From the IMG/VR virus record IMGVR_UViG_3300021387_000463, positions 235,001 through 299,000 of that record: a stretch of 64,000 nucleotides of DNA. One strand, given 5' to 3'. The stretch's first letter is position 1. Each line of letters begins with the position of its first letter. The DNA is from a virus. Taxonomy: Duplodnaviria > Heunggongvirae > Uroviricota > Caudoviricetes. A program made the translations under genes and the position numbers. Below, in pieces: positions 8,981 to 19,400 of this stretch. The notes beneath the pieces were generated by a model. It worked only from the letters and a program-made list of their open reading frames with translations, was not told where the DNA came from and did not search any database.

Positions 8981-9424
8981 TTAGAAGTCAATGCATTCGT
9001 CTAGATATTCCTTAAATCGGTTAATGATTTTATTTGTGACGGATTGTGAGTTATATTTGGCTTTATAGTTTTTAAATGGATTATATTTTTCGTTAACGTC
9101 TCCACTCATAGTATCTGCTGTTCCTATAAGTGTATTGGCTTTTATGTCACCGCTAATGGTATGTGCCTTGTGGCAGATGTCGCCTGAGACGTTGATGTTT
9201 CCGCTTGTACTTGAGGCTGTATCAACGTTTCCATTGACAGTGATGTCACCGCTGGTTGTCACCACCTTATCTATTGTGCATCCATTGCAGATGACTGTAA
9301 TGTTTTTGTCTTGGGTTTCATATATATTTGTTATGAATGTGCCATCGACATAAAGTTTGCCATTGATGATGGATGCTTTTTCCCCATCATAGGTTTTACC
9401 ATTGATAGTAATATTATTTGCCAT
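8981..9424 (-). CDS. beta-solenoid (adhesin-like, TxSGDI repeats) protein
   Basis: Repeats TTSGDITV, STSGNINV, TISGDIKA, TMSGDV. Confidence 0.7.
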   Translation of the reverse strand: MANNITINGKTYDGEKASIINGKLYVDGTFITNIYETQDKNITVICNGCTIDKVVTTSGDITVNGNVDTASSTSGNINVSGDICHKAHTISGDIKANTLIGTADTMSGDVNEKYNPFKNYKAKYNSQSVTNKIINRFKEYLDECIDF

Positions 9425-9538
9425 ATTATTTCTTTATATAGATATATTTTGGGTATCTGCCTAGAACGAACAGTGTAACTGGACAAATCCACATCGTTGT
9501 ATAGCCTTTTTGATATGTTCTTGGGTATTTGATATTAC

Positions 9539-9805
9539 TCATTTCTTTCTGTTGTTCATTAGATTCCACCTTGGGTCATGTCTATATTTAAGTTTTTCTT
9601 TATCCTTATGTCGTTTATATATGTCAGTTAGTACGACATAGAAGATTCCGACACATAGCACTAGCGTATTGATTACTGGAGCGAAAACACATGTTATTGC
9701 TAGTTTTCTTTCATCATCCCATGTTTTAGCGATTGTGACTACAGTGGCCATAAATGCTAGTGAGACAGCGTATATGATGATGAATATGGTTATAACTGTT
9801 GTCAT
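9539..9805 (-). CDS. small 2-TM membrane protein, paralog of 10439-10690
   Basis: Hydrophobic helices; FAPVINT motif. Confidence 0.7.
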   Translation of the reverse strand: MTTVITIFIIIYAVSLAFMATVVTIAKTWDDERKLAITCVFAPVINTLVLCVGIFYVVLTDIYKRHKDKEKLKYRHDPRWNLMNNRKK

Positions 9806-10158
9806 CCGAATATTCTCTTATGTCTGTAGAAGTTCATATATGTTTTCATTTCTTCCTTTGTTGGGATTCTCACTAGTGATTGTGCGTCACAATATGTTCC
9901 TTCCAAGGCATATGGTGGTTTTTGAGTGAATCCGTAGCAATCACCTATTGCTATCATATTTTCCACTCTCAAGTGTTTGCCTCTCACAAGGTTATCATCC
10001 CTATCATATGGTTGTTTATTAACTTGCATGAGTTTTCCCATCCACATGAAGTATGGTTTATCTTGTTTTGCTCCCATGTAGTAATAGAAGAGTAGTATTT
10101 CTCCGAAATGTTTTCTAAGCTCTTCTAGTGTTGTTATGAATTGTCCTTCTTCATTCAT
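9802..10158 (-). CDS. hypothetical protein, paralog of 8626-8973
   Basis: Shares motifs with 8626-8973; ATGA overlaps. Confidence 0.75.
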   Translation of the reverse strand: MNEEGQFITTLEELRKHFGEILLFYYYMGAKQDKPYFMWMGKLMQVNKQPYDRDDNLVRGKHLRVENMIAIGDCYGFTQKPPYALEGTYCDAQSLVRIPTKEEMKTYMNFYRHKRIFG

Positions 10159-10442
10159 GTTTTTTCTTCCTTTTCTTTCATTTGTTCTAGAGCGACTTGC
10201 ATATGATAGAGTTTGGATTGACGCCAGTTAATGAGTTCCATTTGTTCTATGAATGAGAAGTCGATGATGTCTTGTATGTTATTGAATTCATATACCTTGA
10301 GTGAATCGAGGACTTTATTCATTTTTTCCTCGTCACCTTCTCTTCTAGCTGTGAGTATTTCGCCCACAACATCAATGAGTGTGGCATATGGTGTTAGGAG
10401 GTTTCTAAGGTGTGCTCCTAATGATTCGAAATCATTTTTCAT
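10155..10442 (-). CDS. hypothetical protein
   Basis: 95-aa ORF, ATGA-coupled. Confidence 0.7.
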   Translation of the reverse strand: MKNDFESLGAHLRNLLTPYATLIDVVGEILTARREGDEEKMNKVLDSLKVYEFNNIQDIIDFSFIEQMELINWRQSKLYHMQVALEQMKEKEEKT

Positions 10443-10690
10443 AAGCGTTCATTTTTAAATTTATTTCTCTCGTTATAGTCTATTCTATGATTGACGTAGT
10501 TTGTCACTATATCAATTAGTTTTGAGCCTAGCACCAATATTGTCATGATGGTATTTAGGAGTGGGATAAAGACCACACCGCTATCTAGGTTTGTTGTCTT
10601 CTCCTTTGAATATATGAGCATTTCTATTGCACCAAATATGCTAGCCACATATATTGCTACTACGATTACTAATGCTAATGTTGTTGTCAT
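10439..10690 (-). CDS. small 2-TM membrane protein
   Basis: Hydrophobic helices; FIPLLNT motif. Confidence 0.7.
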   Translation of the reverse strand: MTTTLALVIVVAIYVASIFGAIEMLIYSKEKTTNLDSGVVFIPLLNTIMTILVLGSKLIDIVTNYVNHRIDYNERNKFKNERL

Positions 10691-11070
10691 TTTCTTTCGT
10701 CTAATACTGATGCATATGGTCTATAATTCTTACTGAATATATCAACCCATTCTGAGTTTAGAGCAGACCAAAAGTTATGTTTCTCTGGTGTATCACTCCA
10801 ACAGAATGCGTAGTTAATCAACTCACGACATCTTTCGTAATTCATTTTATAGAGTCCATTATTAAGTATTTTCACATAAACACCATTCTGATATGCATCA
10901 TACCAATGTCTTCTTTTTTCTTCCTTAGTTTCGTAGCAATACCATTTACGAACAACGCAGTCTGCTATGTTCTCTTTATACTTCGTATATGCCTCTTTTT
11001 TCTTTAGGAATTTGAAGAACTCCTTTAGTATCTGCTTTCTCAGTTCTTTTACAACTTTTTCTTCATCCAT
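10687..11070 (-). CDS. hypothetical protein
   Basis: 127 aa; EFFKFLK N-terminal motif resembles 28994 and 29408 ORFs. Confidence 0.7.
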   Translation of the reverse strand: MDEEKVVKELRKQILKEFFKFLKKKEAYTKYKENIADCVVRKWYCYETKEEKRRHWYDAYQNGVYVKILNNGLYKMNYERCRELINYAFCWSDTPEKHNFWSALNSEWVDIFSKNYRPYASVLDERK

Positions 11071-11434
11071 TGTATTTAACCACTCTTACGTCTAGTCCTT
11101 TACTCTTACAATACTCTATCATGTGTTTTGTTCCATGAGACTCGCCATCCCAAAAGCCAATGGCAGCATTGGATATATCACCCATATGTTCATTGCGGAG
11201 GAATCCAGCTTTTTTGCCGTATTTATCCCAATCCGCTAGGTATGTCTCAAGCTCATAGCCTTTTTCTTTAGCGTATTGTTCGCCTAGTGTATCAGTTCCT
11301 CTAGCGTGTCCGCTAACTATGATGATGTGGTGTGTTTCCTTTTTATTCTGAAGGTATGCATCACATTTCTCTTTTAGGAGGTCATAGTTATTGAATCCTC
11401 TTGAGCCGAATATTACAACTCTATAATCTTCCAT
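11063..11434 (-). CDS. SLOG-family (YspA/DUF2493-like) protein
   Basis: VVIFGSRGFNNY...IVSGHARGTDTLGEQYA...ADWDKYGKKAGFLRNEHM...FWDGESHGTKHMI. Confidence 0.85.
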   Translation of the reverse strand: MEDYRVVIFGSRGFNNYDLLKEKCDAYLQNKKETHHIIIVSGHARGTDTLGEQYAKEKGYELETYLADWDKYGKKAGFLRNEHMGDISNAAIGFWDGESHGTKHMIEYCKSKGLDVRVVKYNG

Positions 11435-11521
11435 TAATATTACACTTTAATGCATGTTGCAAAGATACTAAAAATATGCGAAATATCCAAGAAAATAGGG
11501 AGGTTTTTAAGTATAATTAAC

Positions 11522-11529
11522 TATTTATA
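11522..11529 (+). promoter_or_regulatory. putative late promoter (A)TATTTATA, first of ~14 copies
   Basis: Same motif 15-60 nt upstream of genes at 13125, 16408(-), 21001, 31289(-), 41597(-), 48305, 50117, 52361, 54535, 55453, 57403, 59540 and 62634. Confidence 0.7.
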
Positions 11530-11549
11530 GGTTGAAACATTTGTGAAAA

Positions 11550-12845
11550 ATGGATAGGAAAGTATATATAACACCGAAGCAATATGGGGTATTGAAGGAA
11601 TCAGAGTGGAACTTACACTATGGTGGTGGCAGTTGGAGGGGTGATGGAAAAGAGCATACCTTAGAGCCTCATTATAGTGACAACAAGTTCAACATGGTTG
11701 GTCGTGATACAGGACATTTTGGTAGTGGAACATATTTTTCAACTTACAATTTTTCTCAAGATATGAGAGAACCTTTAAATAATAGTATGGATAATACTGA
11801 CCCTCATTTCATTAAGATTGGTGATGGTGTTTACCGTGTTGATTTTGACCTTTATAAGAACTTGTACAAGGTGACAAGTGAGAAACAAGGTGACATGTTA
11901 TTTACCATGATGGAAAATCTAAACAACATGTACAACAAGATATGTGAGTATAGGGGTATGTTTATGGATGGTAAACATGCAAACTATAACAATGCTAGGA
12001 ATTATCAGATTATAAAGAGAAATGCCGAGGCATTGGGGTTAAGGTGTCCTAGTTATTATCAGTTGACGAGAATGGCTCAAGAGCATGGTAAGAATAATGA
12101 TGCTGTTCAATCATTTTCCACATTATTCATGGAATGGAATGGTTATAATGGGGTGAATGTTAGTGGTATTGAGCGTTATGACAATACATTACATGGTTCT
12201 GTTATATATGACTTATCCAAGGTAAATACTGATATGGAGCAAGTTAATCCAAAGAACTTATTTAGTGGGTTTGGTGATAGTATGTATAACAACACCATTG
12301 CAGCCGATGGTTTTTCAGATGATGTTCATGATTCACTGAGGGGGAAGGATTTCTTGTGGAGTAACAAGTTGAATGAAATGCCGTTGCCTCAAGCCATGAG
12401 GCTTTTGAAAAATTACACTGATTACGGTAACATATTAAATTCATTTACAATTGAGAAATTAAATCCTGACCTTGCCAAAAGATATTTGAGGTTAATATTT
12501 GTAAAGAATCCTAGAACGTATTGGACTGAGGGTATTAATGACATAGTATTAGGTGGTGATAAATCAAAGTATTACCTTAAATTAATTGACAAATATGAGG
12601 CATATTATTGGGTAAACTATTATGATGAAAGGAGTCATAGGGGTCATACAATAAGTGGTTTGGAGTCATTGTTAAGTAATTTCGCTAGTAGTCTTAATTG
12701 GTGGAATTACGGCAGTAATGAGGAGATAATGGCTGCAAAGAAGGAATATTATGATAAGTTAATGTCTTATATGCAGAGGGATTTAACTGATTATGAGAAA
12801 GAGTATATAAACGAAGATTATTTTTACACTGATGATGAACAATAA
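11550..12845 (+). CDS. putative virion-associated protein with ADP-ribosyltransferase-like domain
   Basis: Leader KVYITPKQYGVLKE, then HYGG...GHFGSGTYFS...GYNGV, resembling H-G-x-YF / GYDG ART-fold signatures. Confidence 0.5.
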   Translation: MDRKVYITPKQYGVLKESEWNLHYGGGSWRGDGKEHTLEPHYSDNKFNMVGRDTGHFGSGTYFSTYNFSQDMREPLNNSMDNTDPHFIKIGDGVYRVDFDLYKNLYKVTSEKQGDMLFTMMENLNNMYNKICEYRGMFMDGKHANYNNARNYQIIKRNAEALGLRCPSYYQLTRMAQEHGKNNDAVQSFSTLFMEWNGYNGVNVSGIERYDNTLHGSVIYDLSKVNTDMEQVNPKNLFSGFGDSMYNNTIAADGFSDDVHDSLRGKDFLWSNKLNEMPLPQAMRLLKNYTDYGNILNSFTIEKLNPDLAKRYLRLIFVKNPRTYWTEGINDIVLGGDKSKYYLKLIDKYEAYYWVNYYDERSHRGHTISGLESLLSNFASSLNWWNYGSNEEIMAAKKEYYDKLMSYMQRDLTDYEKEYINEDYFYTDDEQ

Positions 12846-13104
12846 GAGAATTAGAGAGATTATAAGGGAAGAGGTTAATGCCTTGGATTTTTTCAATGGT
12901 ATTAATCAGAGCAATGGTGGATTGACACCTTGGAATCCAGATACGAAGATGGAGAGGATGCAGCCAAGTAATGCTTCTAGGTCAAATGGCAGTGTTCCTA
13001 CAAGGGAGTATGGCGTTATACGTGGTTATAATGATTGGAGTGCGAATTTTAAGGGTGAAATGACATATCCTCAGTACTGTGCTAAATTCGGCTTAAGAAG
13101 GTAA
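12832..13104 (+). CDS. hypothetical protein with IREIIREEV leader
   Basis: 90-aa ORF overlapping the upstream gene. Confidence 0.7.
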   Translation: MMNNKRIREIIREEVNALDFFNGINQSNGGLTPWNPDTKMERMQPSNASRSNGSVPTREYGVIRGYNDWSANFKGEMTYPQYCAKFGLRR

Positions 13105-13148
13105 TAACTTTGTCATTCTCAGAGATATTTATAAGAAATATTAAATAT

Positions 13149-13535
13149 ATGGGAGTTATAAGAAACATAAAGGCATCAATAGATGACAAATCTTCAATGA
13201 GTGTCAACAGCATAACGTTGTTGGTTTCTGCTCTTATGGGTGTAATCATTGGTCTTGTTATTTGTTTTGTATTGATTTATGATGTTACTTATGACGGAAA
13301 GGTTGATACGAACTTAACTGACATGGGTATTTTCTTGCTATGTAGTGGTGGTTACATCATGGGTAGCGGTGTTCCAAAGGCTTGGGTTGACTCAAAAATG
13401 AAGATGCGTTCTTGGGTTGAAGGTGAAAAGATGCAAGCTGAAGCTGATGAGGACATTGAAGACATGAGAATGGCGAGAAGAAGGAGAAGAGGAAAAAATC
13501 TTGACGATAATAACGAAAACGAAGAAGATATATAA
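13149..13535 (+). CDS. two-TM membrane protein (holin-like candidate)
   Basis: MGVIRNIK start after late motif; 2 hydrophobic segments and a charged C-tail (RRRRRGK...EEDI). Confidence 0.6.
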   Translation: MGVIRNIKASIDDKSSMSVNSITLLVSALMGVIIGLVICFVLIYDVTYDGKVDTNLTDMGIFLLCSGGYIMGSGVPKAWVDSKMKMRSWVEGEKMQAEADEDIEDMRMARRRRRGKNLDDNNENEEDI

Positions 13536-13538
13536 TAT

Positions 13539-15488
13539 ATGAACAAGAAAGTACTAGATTTTGTAAATAAATTGGAGGGTTATAAGACAGCGATTAAGCA
13601 ATTGCATTGGGATGCTGATAACATGTCCCAACATGAATTGTGTGATGATATTGCTGAAAGCATTGCTGAATTTCAAGATACAGTATCTGAGGTTGAGCAG
13701 TCTATAACAGGCAAACTAAAGGTTAACTCTCTTAAGCCTACTGAATATAAGATTAAGGACTTAAAATCATTTGTTGAGGATGTATTAGATGCCACTAATA
13801 GTTTTTACAAGGAGGTAAAAGATATGGGTGACACTTATGTTGGTATGGCAAGTGACTGTGAGAGCTTTTTATCTGATATGCAGAGGAAGTTATACCTTGT
13901 TAACTTTACGCTTAAGGAAGAGCTTAAAGAGAGGCTTAGAGGCAAGATTAACGAGTCAATGCCAAAGAACTTGGCAAATCATGATGAGGTTGACAAGTTC
14001 ATGGGAAGAAGACCAAAGACGATGAAGGCTAGAATCAACCAGATTTACAGAATTGTAAAGAGGTATGGCATTGATTCAAAGCTTTATCATGATGACCATT
14101 GGCAAGCAAAGGATGATTACTACAGAGCAATCACCTCATTGGGTTGTGACTTTGAAATGAGACCTTGTGGCAATTCAAACAACTTGGACAATTGGGATGA
14201 CATTACCTCAGATGGTGGATATTGCGATTATGCTGAAGATGGTATGCCACGTTCAAAGCAATATGCTGTAAAGATTATGTACGATGATGGAATGAACATT
14301 GGCGGTTACATTAAGTTCATGGCAGCTGGTCGTGTTGATGACCCATTCAGTGCATATGATACTTGTATGATTCTCTGGCCAAAAAATAATCGTGTATTAG
14401 AGAATAGAGAAATGAGAAACGAATCAATTACTGAATATGGTGACAAACCAGAGACTAGAGAAAAAATGGGTGCAGTTGCCAAGCGTGGAATAATGAAGGG
14501 TGACGTTAAGCCTTATCAGAGAGCCATGAGTAGCTTAGGAAAGAGAGGAAGTCGTAAAGAAGATTATGCAGATTTCCAAAGGGGCTTTGAAAATGAGAAT
14601 AGACAGATAAAGTTATCTGAGGCAGAACTTAAACAAGTGGTTAAGGAAGCTGCGATGAAGATATTAAGTGAAACTCCATTAAACTATGATATTGATAATT
14701 TCAGTGGAAGATGGACTAAGAGTGAACCTAGTGATGAAGAATGGGCATTAGCTGACTCAAGGGCAAATGGTGATTATTTGGATGACCCATTCCATGCACC
14801 TAACAGCTGGGATGATGATGAATGGGTAGATGGTGATAAGGATATGGAGAATGATTATTCATGGGGTTTATACCATAGAATGAATAATGTTGGCAAATCT
14901 CCGATTGACAGACAGCATGACATAATGGATGCTGCCCAGAATAGAAGAGACCATGCAGCTTATTGGACTGATAAGGATAATGAACGTGGTAGAAAATTGA
15001 TGGATAAATGGATTAATGGTAAGAGAGATACAGATGAATTGGGTGATGTAGATTTCTCTTACGACCCATATAAGTACAATGAGTCAAAAAGACCAATAAA
15101 GGTTACTGAGAACGAGTTAAAAACTATCATTAAGGAAGCCGCAGTTAAACTTATCAAGGAATATGGCGAAAATGTAAAGAATTTTGTAAAACGTAGTGGT
15201 TGTGCTGCAAGGCGTAAAACTGGTGACCCACGCAAGGATAAGGAGAATAGGGAGAAGTGGCTTGAGAGACAAAGGAAAAGGGAACTGAAGGGTGTTTCAA
15301 AGGAAACTGATGAATCGATTGATATAAAGCCATCTAAGGAAGGAACATTCACAGCAGCCGCAACGAAGCATGGCAAGAGTGTTCAAGGTTTTGCTTCTCA
15401 AGTATTAAATAATAAGGATGATTATTCACCAGCTATGGTTAAGAAGGCCAATTTTGCTAGGAATTCAAAGAAATGGAATAAGAAATAA
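13539..15488 (+). CDS. multidomain protein: N-terminal ferritin/Dps-like domain, internal leader repeats and C-terminal KKANFARN domain
   Basis: KQLHW...HELCDDIAE...QDTVSE ferritin-like helix pattern; internal IKLSEAELKQVVKEAAMKILSE and IKVTENELKTIIKEAAVKLIKE. Confidence 0.7.
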   Translation: MNKKVLDFVNKLEGYKTAIKQLHWDADNMSQHELCDDIAESIAEFQDTVSEVEQSITGKLKVNSLKPTEYKIKDLKSFVEDVLDATNSFYKEVKDMGDTYVGMASDCESFLSDMQRKLYLVNFTLKEELKERLRGKINESMPKNLANHDEVDKFMGRRPKTMKARINQIYRIVKRYGIDSKLYHDDHWQAKDDYYRAITSLGCDFEMRPCGNSNNLDNWDDITSDGGYCDYAEDGMPRSKQYAVKIMYDDGMNIGGYIKFMAAGRVDDPFSAYDTCMILWPKNNRVLENREMRNESITEYGDKPETREKMGAVAKRGIMKGDVKPYQRAMSSLGKRGSRKEDYADFQRGFENENRQIKLSEAELKQVVKEAAMKILSETPLNYDIDNFSGRWTKSEPSDEEWALADSRANGDYLDDPFHAPNSWDDDEWVDGDKDMENDYSWGLYHRMNNVGKSPIDRQHDIMDAAQNRRDHAAYWTDKDNERGRKLMDKWINGKRDTDELGDVDFSYDPYKYNESKRPIKVTENELKTIIKEAAVKLIKEYGENVKNFVKRSGCAARRKTGDPRKDKENREKWLERQRKRELKGVSKETDESIDIKPSKEGTFTAAATKHGKSVQGFASQVLNNKDDYSPAMVKKANFARNSKKWNKK

Positions 15489-15495
15489 ATGATAT

Positions 15496-15534
15496 AAAAA
15501 AAGAGGTAGGAATTTAATCTTACCTCTTTTTTTA
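15496..15534. terminator. bidirectional terminator
   Basis: aaaaaaagaggtagg-aatttaa-tcttacctcttttttt between convergent genes. Confidence 0.85.
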
Positions 15535-15537
15535 TGT

Positions 15538-16389
15538 TTAGAAATCTGTTGTTCCGATTTTAGGTCTTTTATAGAATCCTCTTGGGTCTACTGTATAGTC
15601 TTTATATCCATCACTATCCGTATATGTACCATCGGTGAATTCTATATATAATTTATTATCTCCAATCCATCCAGTTTTAGCATCGCTAAGTCCAAATTTC
15701 ATGAACTCATCATAGATTTTTTCTGACTCTGGTGTCATGTGTCCGTTTTCATCGGTATCAAATAAAGCATAGTAATCTCCGAAGTCAGTAACTTTTCCTC
15801 CAGTTTGTTTTGTTAGGTCTTCTAGATAGTTTCTTACATAATTCCAATAGCTTCTATCAGAACCTTTTCCAAGGCCAGTTGTTTTCTTTCCTCTAGCCCT
15901 TTTATGTGTTTGCATTCTTTGTTTTTCTGGAGATACTGTTTGTGTTATATCGTAATATTTACGAGCACCATCACCAATATCTTTATAATCAGTTTCCTTA
16001 TAAGTATAACCAGGATAGTCTTGGTTTCTTGAAGCTGCTATGTCTTGACTTTGCTTAAGTACGGATTCAAGTTTCTCCTTTACCTTTGGGTCTTTCTGAT
16101 ACTCTGGTTTAATTATGATATATTTACTTCCATCGTTAAACTCACATACATCATCAACAAATTGGTCTAGTTTCCAAGGAATACTTTCGCCTTTTTTTAA
16201 AAAAATTAAGTCATAACTTAAGTCATTTTTGTCCAATTGATACTTTTTGTTGACACTACGCACCCCTCCATGTTGTCTTGCAACTTTTTTGAGTCTTGGT
16301 GAAGCAAAACCTTCGCTAAGTATTCTTTGTACGGATTCTTTAACAATGTTATGTAAATCTGATTCTGTTAATCTAATTATATTTTTCAT
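15538..16389 (-). CDS. hypothetical protein with MKNIIRLTESDLHNIVKESVQRILSE leader
   Basis: Leader motif; late motif at 16408-16416 on the minus strand. Confidence 0.8.
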   Translation of the reverse strand: MKNIIRLTESDLHNIVKESVQRILSEGFASPRLKKVARQHGGVRSVNKKYQLDKNDLSYDLIFLKKGESIPWKLDQFVDDVCEFNDGSKYIIIKPEYQKDPKVKEKLESVLKQSQDIAASRNQDYPGYTYKETDYKDIGDGARKYYDITQTVSPEKQRMQTHKRARGKKTTGLGKGSDRSYWNYVRNYLEDLTKQTGGKVTDFGDYYALFDTDENGHMTPESEKIYDEFMKFGLSDAKTGWIGDNKLYIEFTDGTYTDSDGYKDYTVDPRGFYKRPKIGTTDF

Positions 16390-16461
16390 ATATATATACA
16401 TTTTCTATATAAATATTAGTATATACAAAAAAAATGCAGTCATCGTAGGCTGCATTTTGTA

Positions 16462-19400
16462 TTAGAAATCTGCGAGTGCATCGACAGTTTCAGCGTAGTT
16501 ATACTGTATATCATCGAAGACGTATCCACCAGTTGAAGGTGTGCGATTTGGTATCTTCTTGAAATACAATCTCATGTCTGCTGAGTTAAGTGTTACCAAT
16601 GTCTCAAGTACTTGTGGTAGCTTACCCTCATCCTCGAATTCCTCGACATCATCGTTTGTGATTTCCTCAAGTGCATTGAGATACTTCTGATTTTCCTCTT
16701 GGAACAGAGCGTTATTCTCTTCTTCCTTTTCTTTCTTGTACTTCTCAACAAGGGCATCCCAATCAATTCCACATTCCTTAACGAATGGTGGAACTTCGTT
16801 AATCTTGAGCCAATATTCGATTTCCTTCTTCTCTGGGGTCATCAATGCCTCATATGTATCTTGGTCTCCCTCCTTATTTGGATAACCACTTACAAGCTTT
16901 GATTCCTCTTCAGTAAAGTACTTTTTATCCTTTGGATTGGTTACAAGTATCTTATCCCTAATATCTGGGTGGAAGCATACTAGTAATGGTCTGATTCTGT
17001 TATTGAATTGGTCAATGTATTTCTCAACGTTATACTCAAGACCCTCATAGTCACTACAAAGAACATCGTCCTCAGTATCAAGAATCTCCTTTGGTACTAG
17101 TTTACAATTAAGTATGATTTCATCCTCATCGAATACCTTTGCTCCGAATTTCTCTCTGCCAAACTCAAGCCTGTTTTTCTTATCCTTTGTGCCCTTTGGT
17201 AGTTCCTTTGTATATGCTTTATACTCTTTTTCAAGCATCTTAGTTATCTCAGTCTTTTCTCCGTCCACGTAATTATAGTAATGTGTAACACGTTTAACGT
17301 CTGAATGTCCTTTCTTCTGACCTGTGTTAATATAATATACCGTATCACCTACATTTGGCGTTAGACCTTCCTTGAGTGCGAGTTCATACCAAGCTTGGCG
17401 TGATTTCTTTGAACCAGCCTTTGTAAGTGTCTTGGTATCAGCTTCATAATCAGCGAGTGTTTTCTTAATGTTACCCTTTGATGCAATGTCTCTGATAGGA
17501 ATTTGGTAGTTATATATTTTGCCGATATAGTCATAATAATTTGACAAGAACTTATATCCATTATTTCTAAGTAGAAGGTCAACACCCTCATCGATGAATT
17601 TCTCAAGGTATCCACTCATTTTTCTAGACTTAATGGTATTACCCACTTTCTTTGTCTTACCATCTGGCATCAAGTCAGCGTAATTCTTTCTAGCGAACTG
17701 GATACATGCATCACAGTACTCATCAATACCAAGACCCATCTTATTGATACCACCATTATACGCCTTTGATAGATAGATGTCTTCAAATTCTGCTACGTCA
17801 GCATCAACACGTGTATATTCCTTACCCTTGATGGAGTTACGTCCTGCGCCATTTGAAATATATGGATGTTCCTTTGTATATCTGAAGTCTTCCTCTCTTG
17901 GCATCTGGAAATTGAAGCCATCGGTGTTGTGGCATACTATCATACCGAGTGCGTTAACAAATGTTCCATTAGCAGAAATATCATATACATATTCTGATTT
18001 ACTTGTAATATTAGAACAACTCCACACTTCGTCTTCTTTTCTCTTTGAATAGTTTTCGTTCAATAGACTTCCACGATGGTTTCTAAGTCTGAAACTAATG
18101 AATTCTTGTTTATCATTTCTATTATGACAACGGAAATTATAATCAAGTTCTTTCATCAAGAAATAAAGTCCAGCCATTGCAACCTTTGATTTCTGCCCAA
18201 ACTCTATACATTCATTAATTGTATCGTTTTGTCCATCACCACAACAGAATCCATCTAAGAATGCTTTTTTCACTTCTTTCTTGGCATTTAATATGAACTC
18301 TGGAACTTTCTTATATCTATATGATGTATAGAAGTTATTGGAGAAGAATTTAGCATTTTCAGCATTCTCAACGACAAGATTATAAACATTGGATGATGTT
18401 CTATGGTCTTTTATTGATGCCTTTAACAAGAAACTGTTCTCCATTATCTCCTTTGCCTTATTAAGTCTATTAAGGGATTTGTTAGAAATTTTCCAATTTG
18501 CTCTCTTCCCTTTGTGCGTTACCCATTCACCCTTTCGCTTAGAATAGTACTTTTGAGTTCTATCACAATATACAGAACTACCATCTGCCATAAAGAATCC
18601 AAATAACCAAGCCTCCCTATCAGTTACAGTTGAACTTGCAAAATAGTTAATATCTTTTGTGTATATTTCTATTTTGTCACCACGAGTAAGTGTAGAAGGT
18701 TTCACCTCATTACCATTATTATCAAACAATGAATGGTCTTCAGTGCAATCAATGACACCATTTTTGGTTTCGACCCTCTTGAGTTGTTTATTTGTCTTAT
18801 GCTTGTAGACATATTCAATTGGTTTCCAACCGTTCCTTGTAAGGACTTCATAATCTTTCTTAGAGAAATCTCTGTATTGTCCTTGTTCAAATTCTACGGC
18901 TTCATTAGCATTGAATATGTCGCATATTGGTATAATATCAATTCTATTATCTTTACCCTTAATAAGTATAGGTGTATCATATGTAACACTATCACCAACG
19001 ATTGGTTCATAACCAATTGACCTAAAGTGTGAAATCATAAGTCTCAATGCCATTCTGCTGATACAAGTTGTCTTTTCTGCTGCAAGAATATCTCCGAATG
19101 GGAATACGTTTGGTGAACCATAGCCACCGAAGAATGAGTTTGCGAGAATCTTAAGAGGCAACTGTTTCTTATCATTACCACTCTTCTCAGCTTTCCAAAA
19201 TGTGATTTGTTCCTCGATTTCAGCCTTTTCATTACCTTCGGCAATCTTGAGTTTATCATTAAGTAAATCAACCTTATCTCCTGCTTCTGCCTTAAGTCCT
19301 TTATATTTCTCACGTTGTGTTAAGATATATTCAAGGAATGAAAGCATAACATTCATCACGTCAATAGGAGTTGATACGTGCCATGTAAGGATTACAGATG

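Noticed and set aside
16190-16210. T_TTA_AAA slippery sequence inside the 15538-16389 gene
   Set aside because: The -1 frame stops after ~15 codons. It is likely chance in AT-rich DNA, and a caution for the 22529 site.
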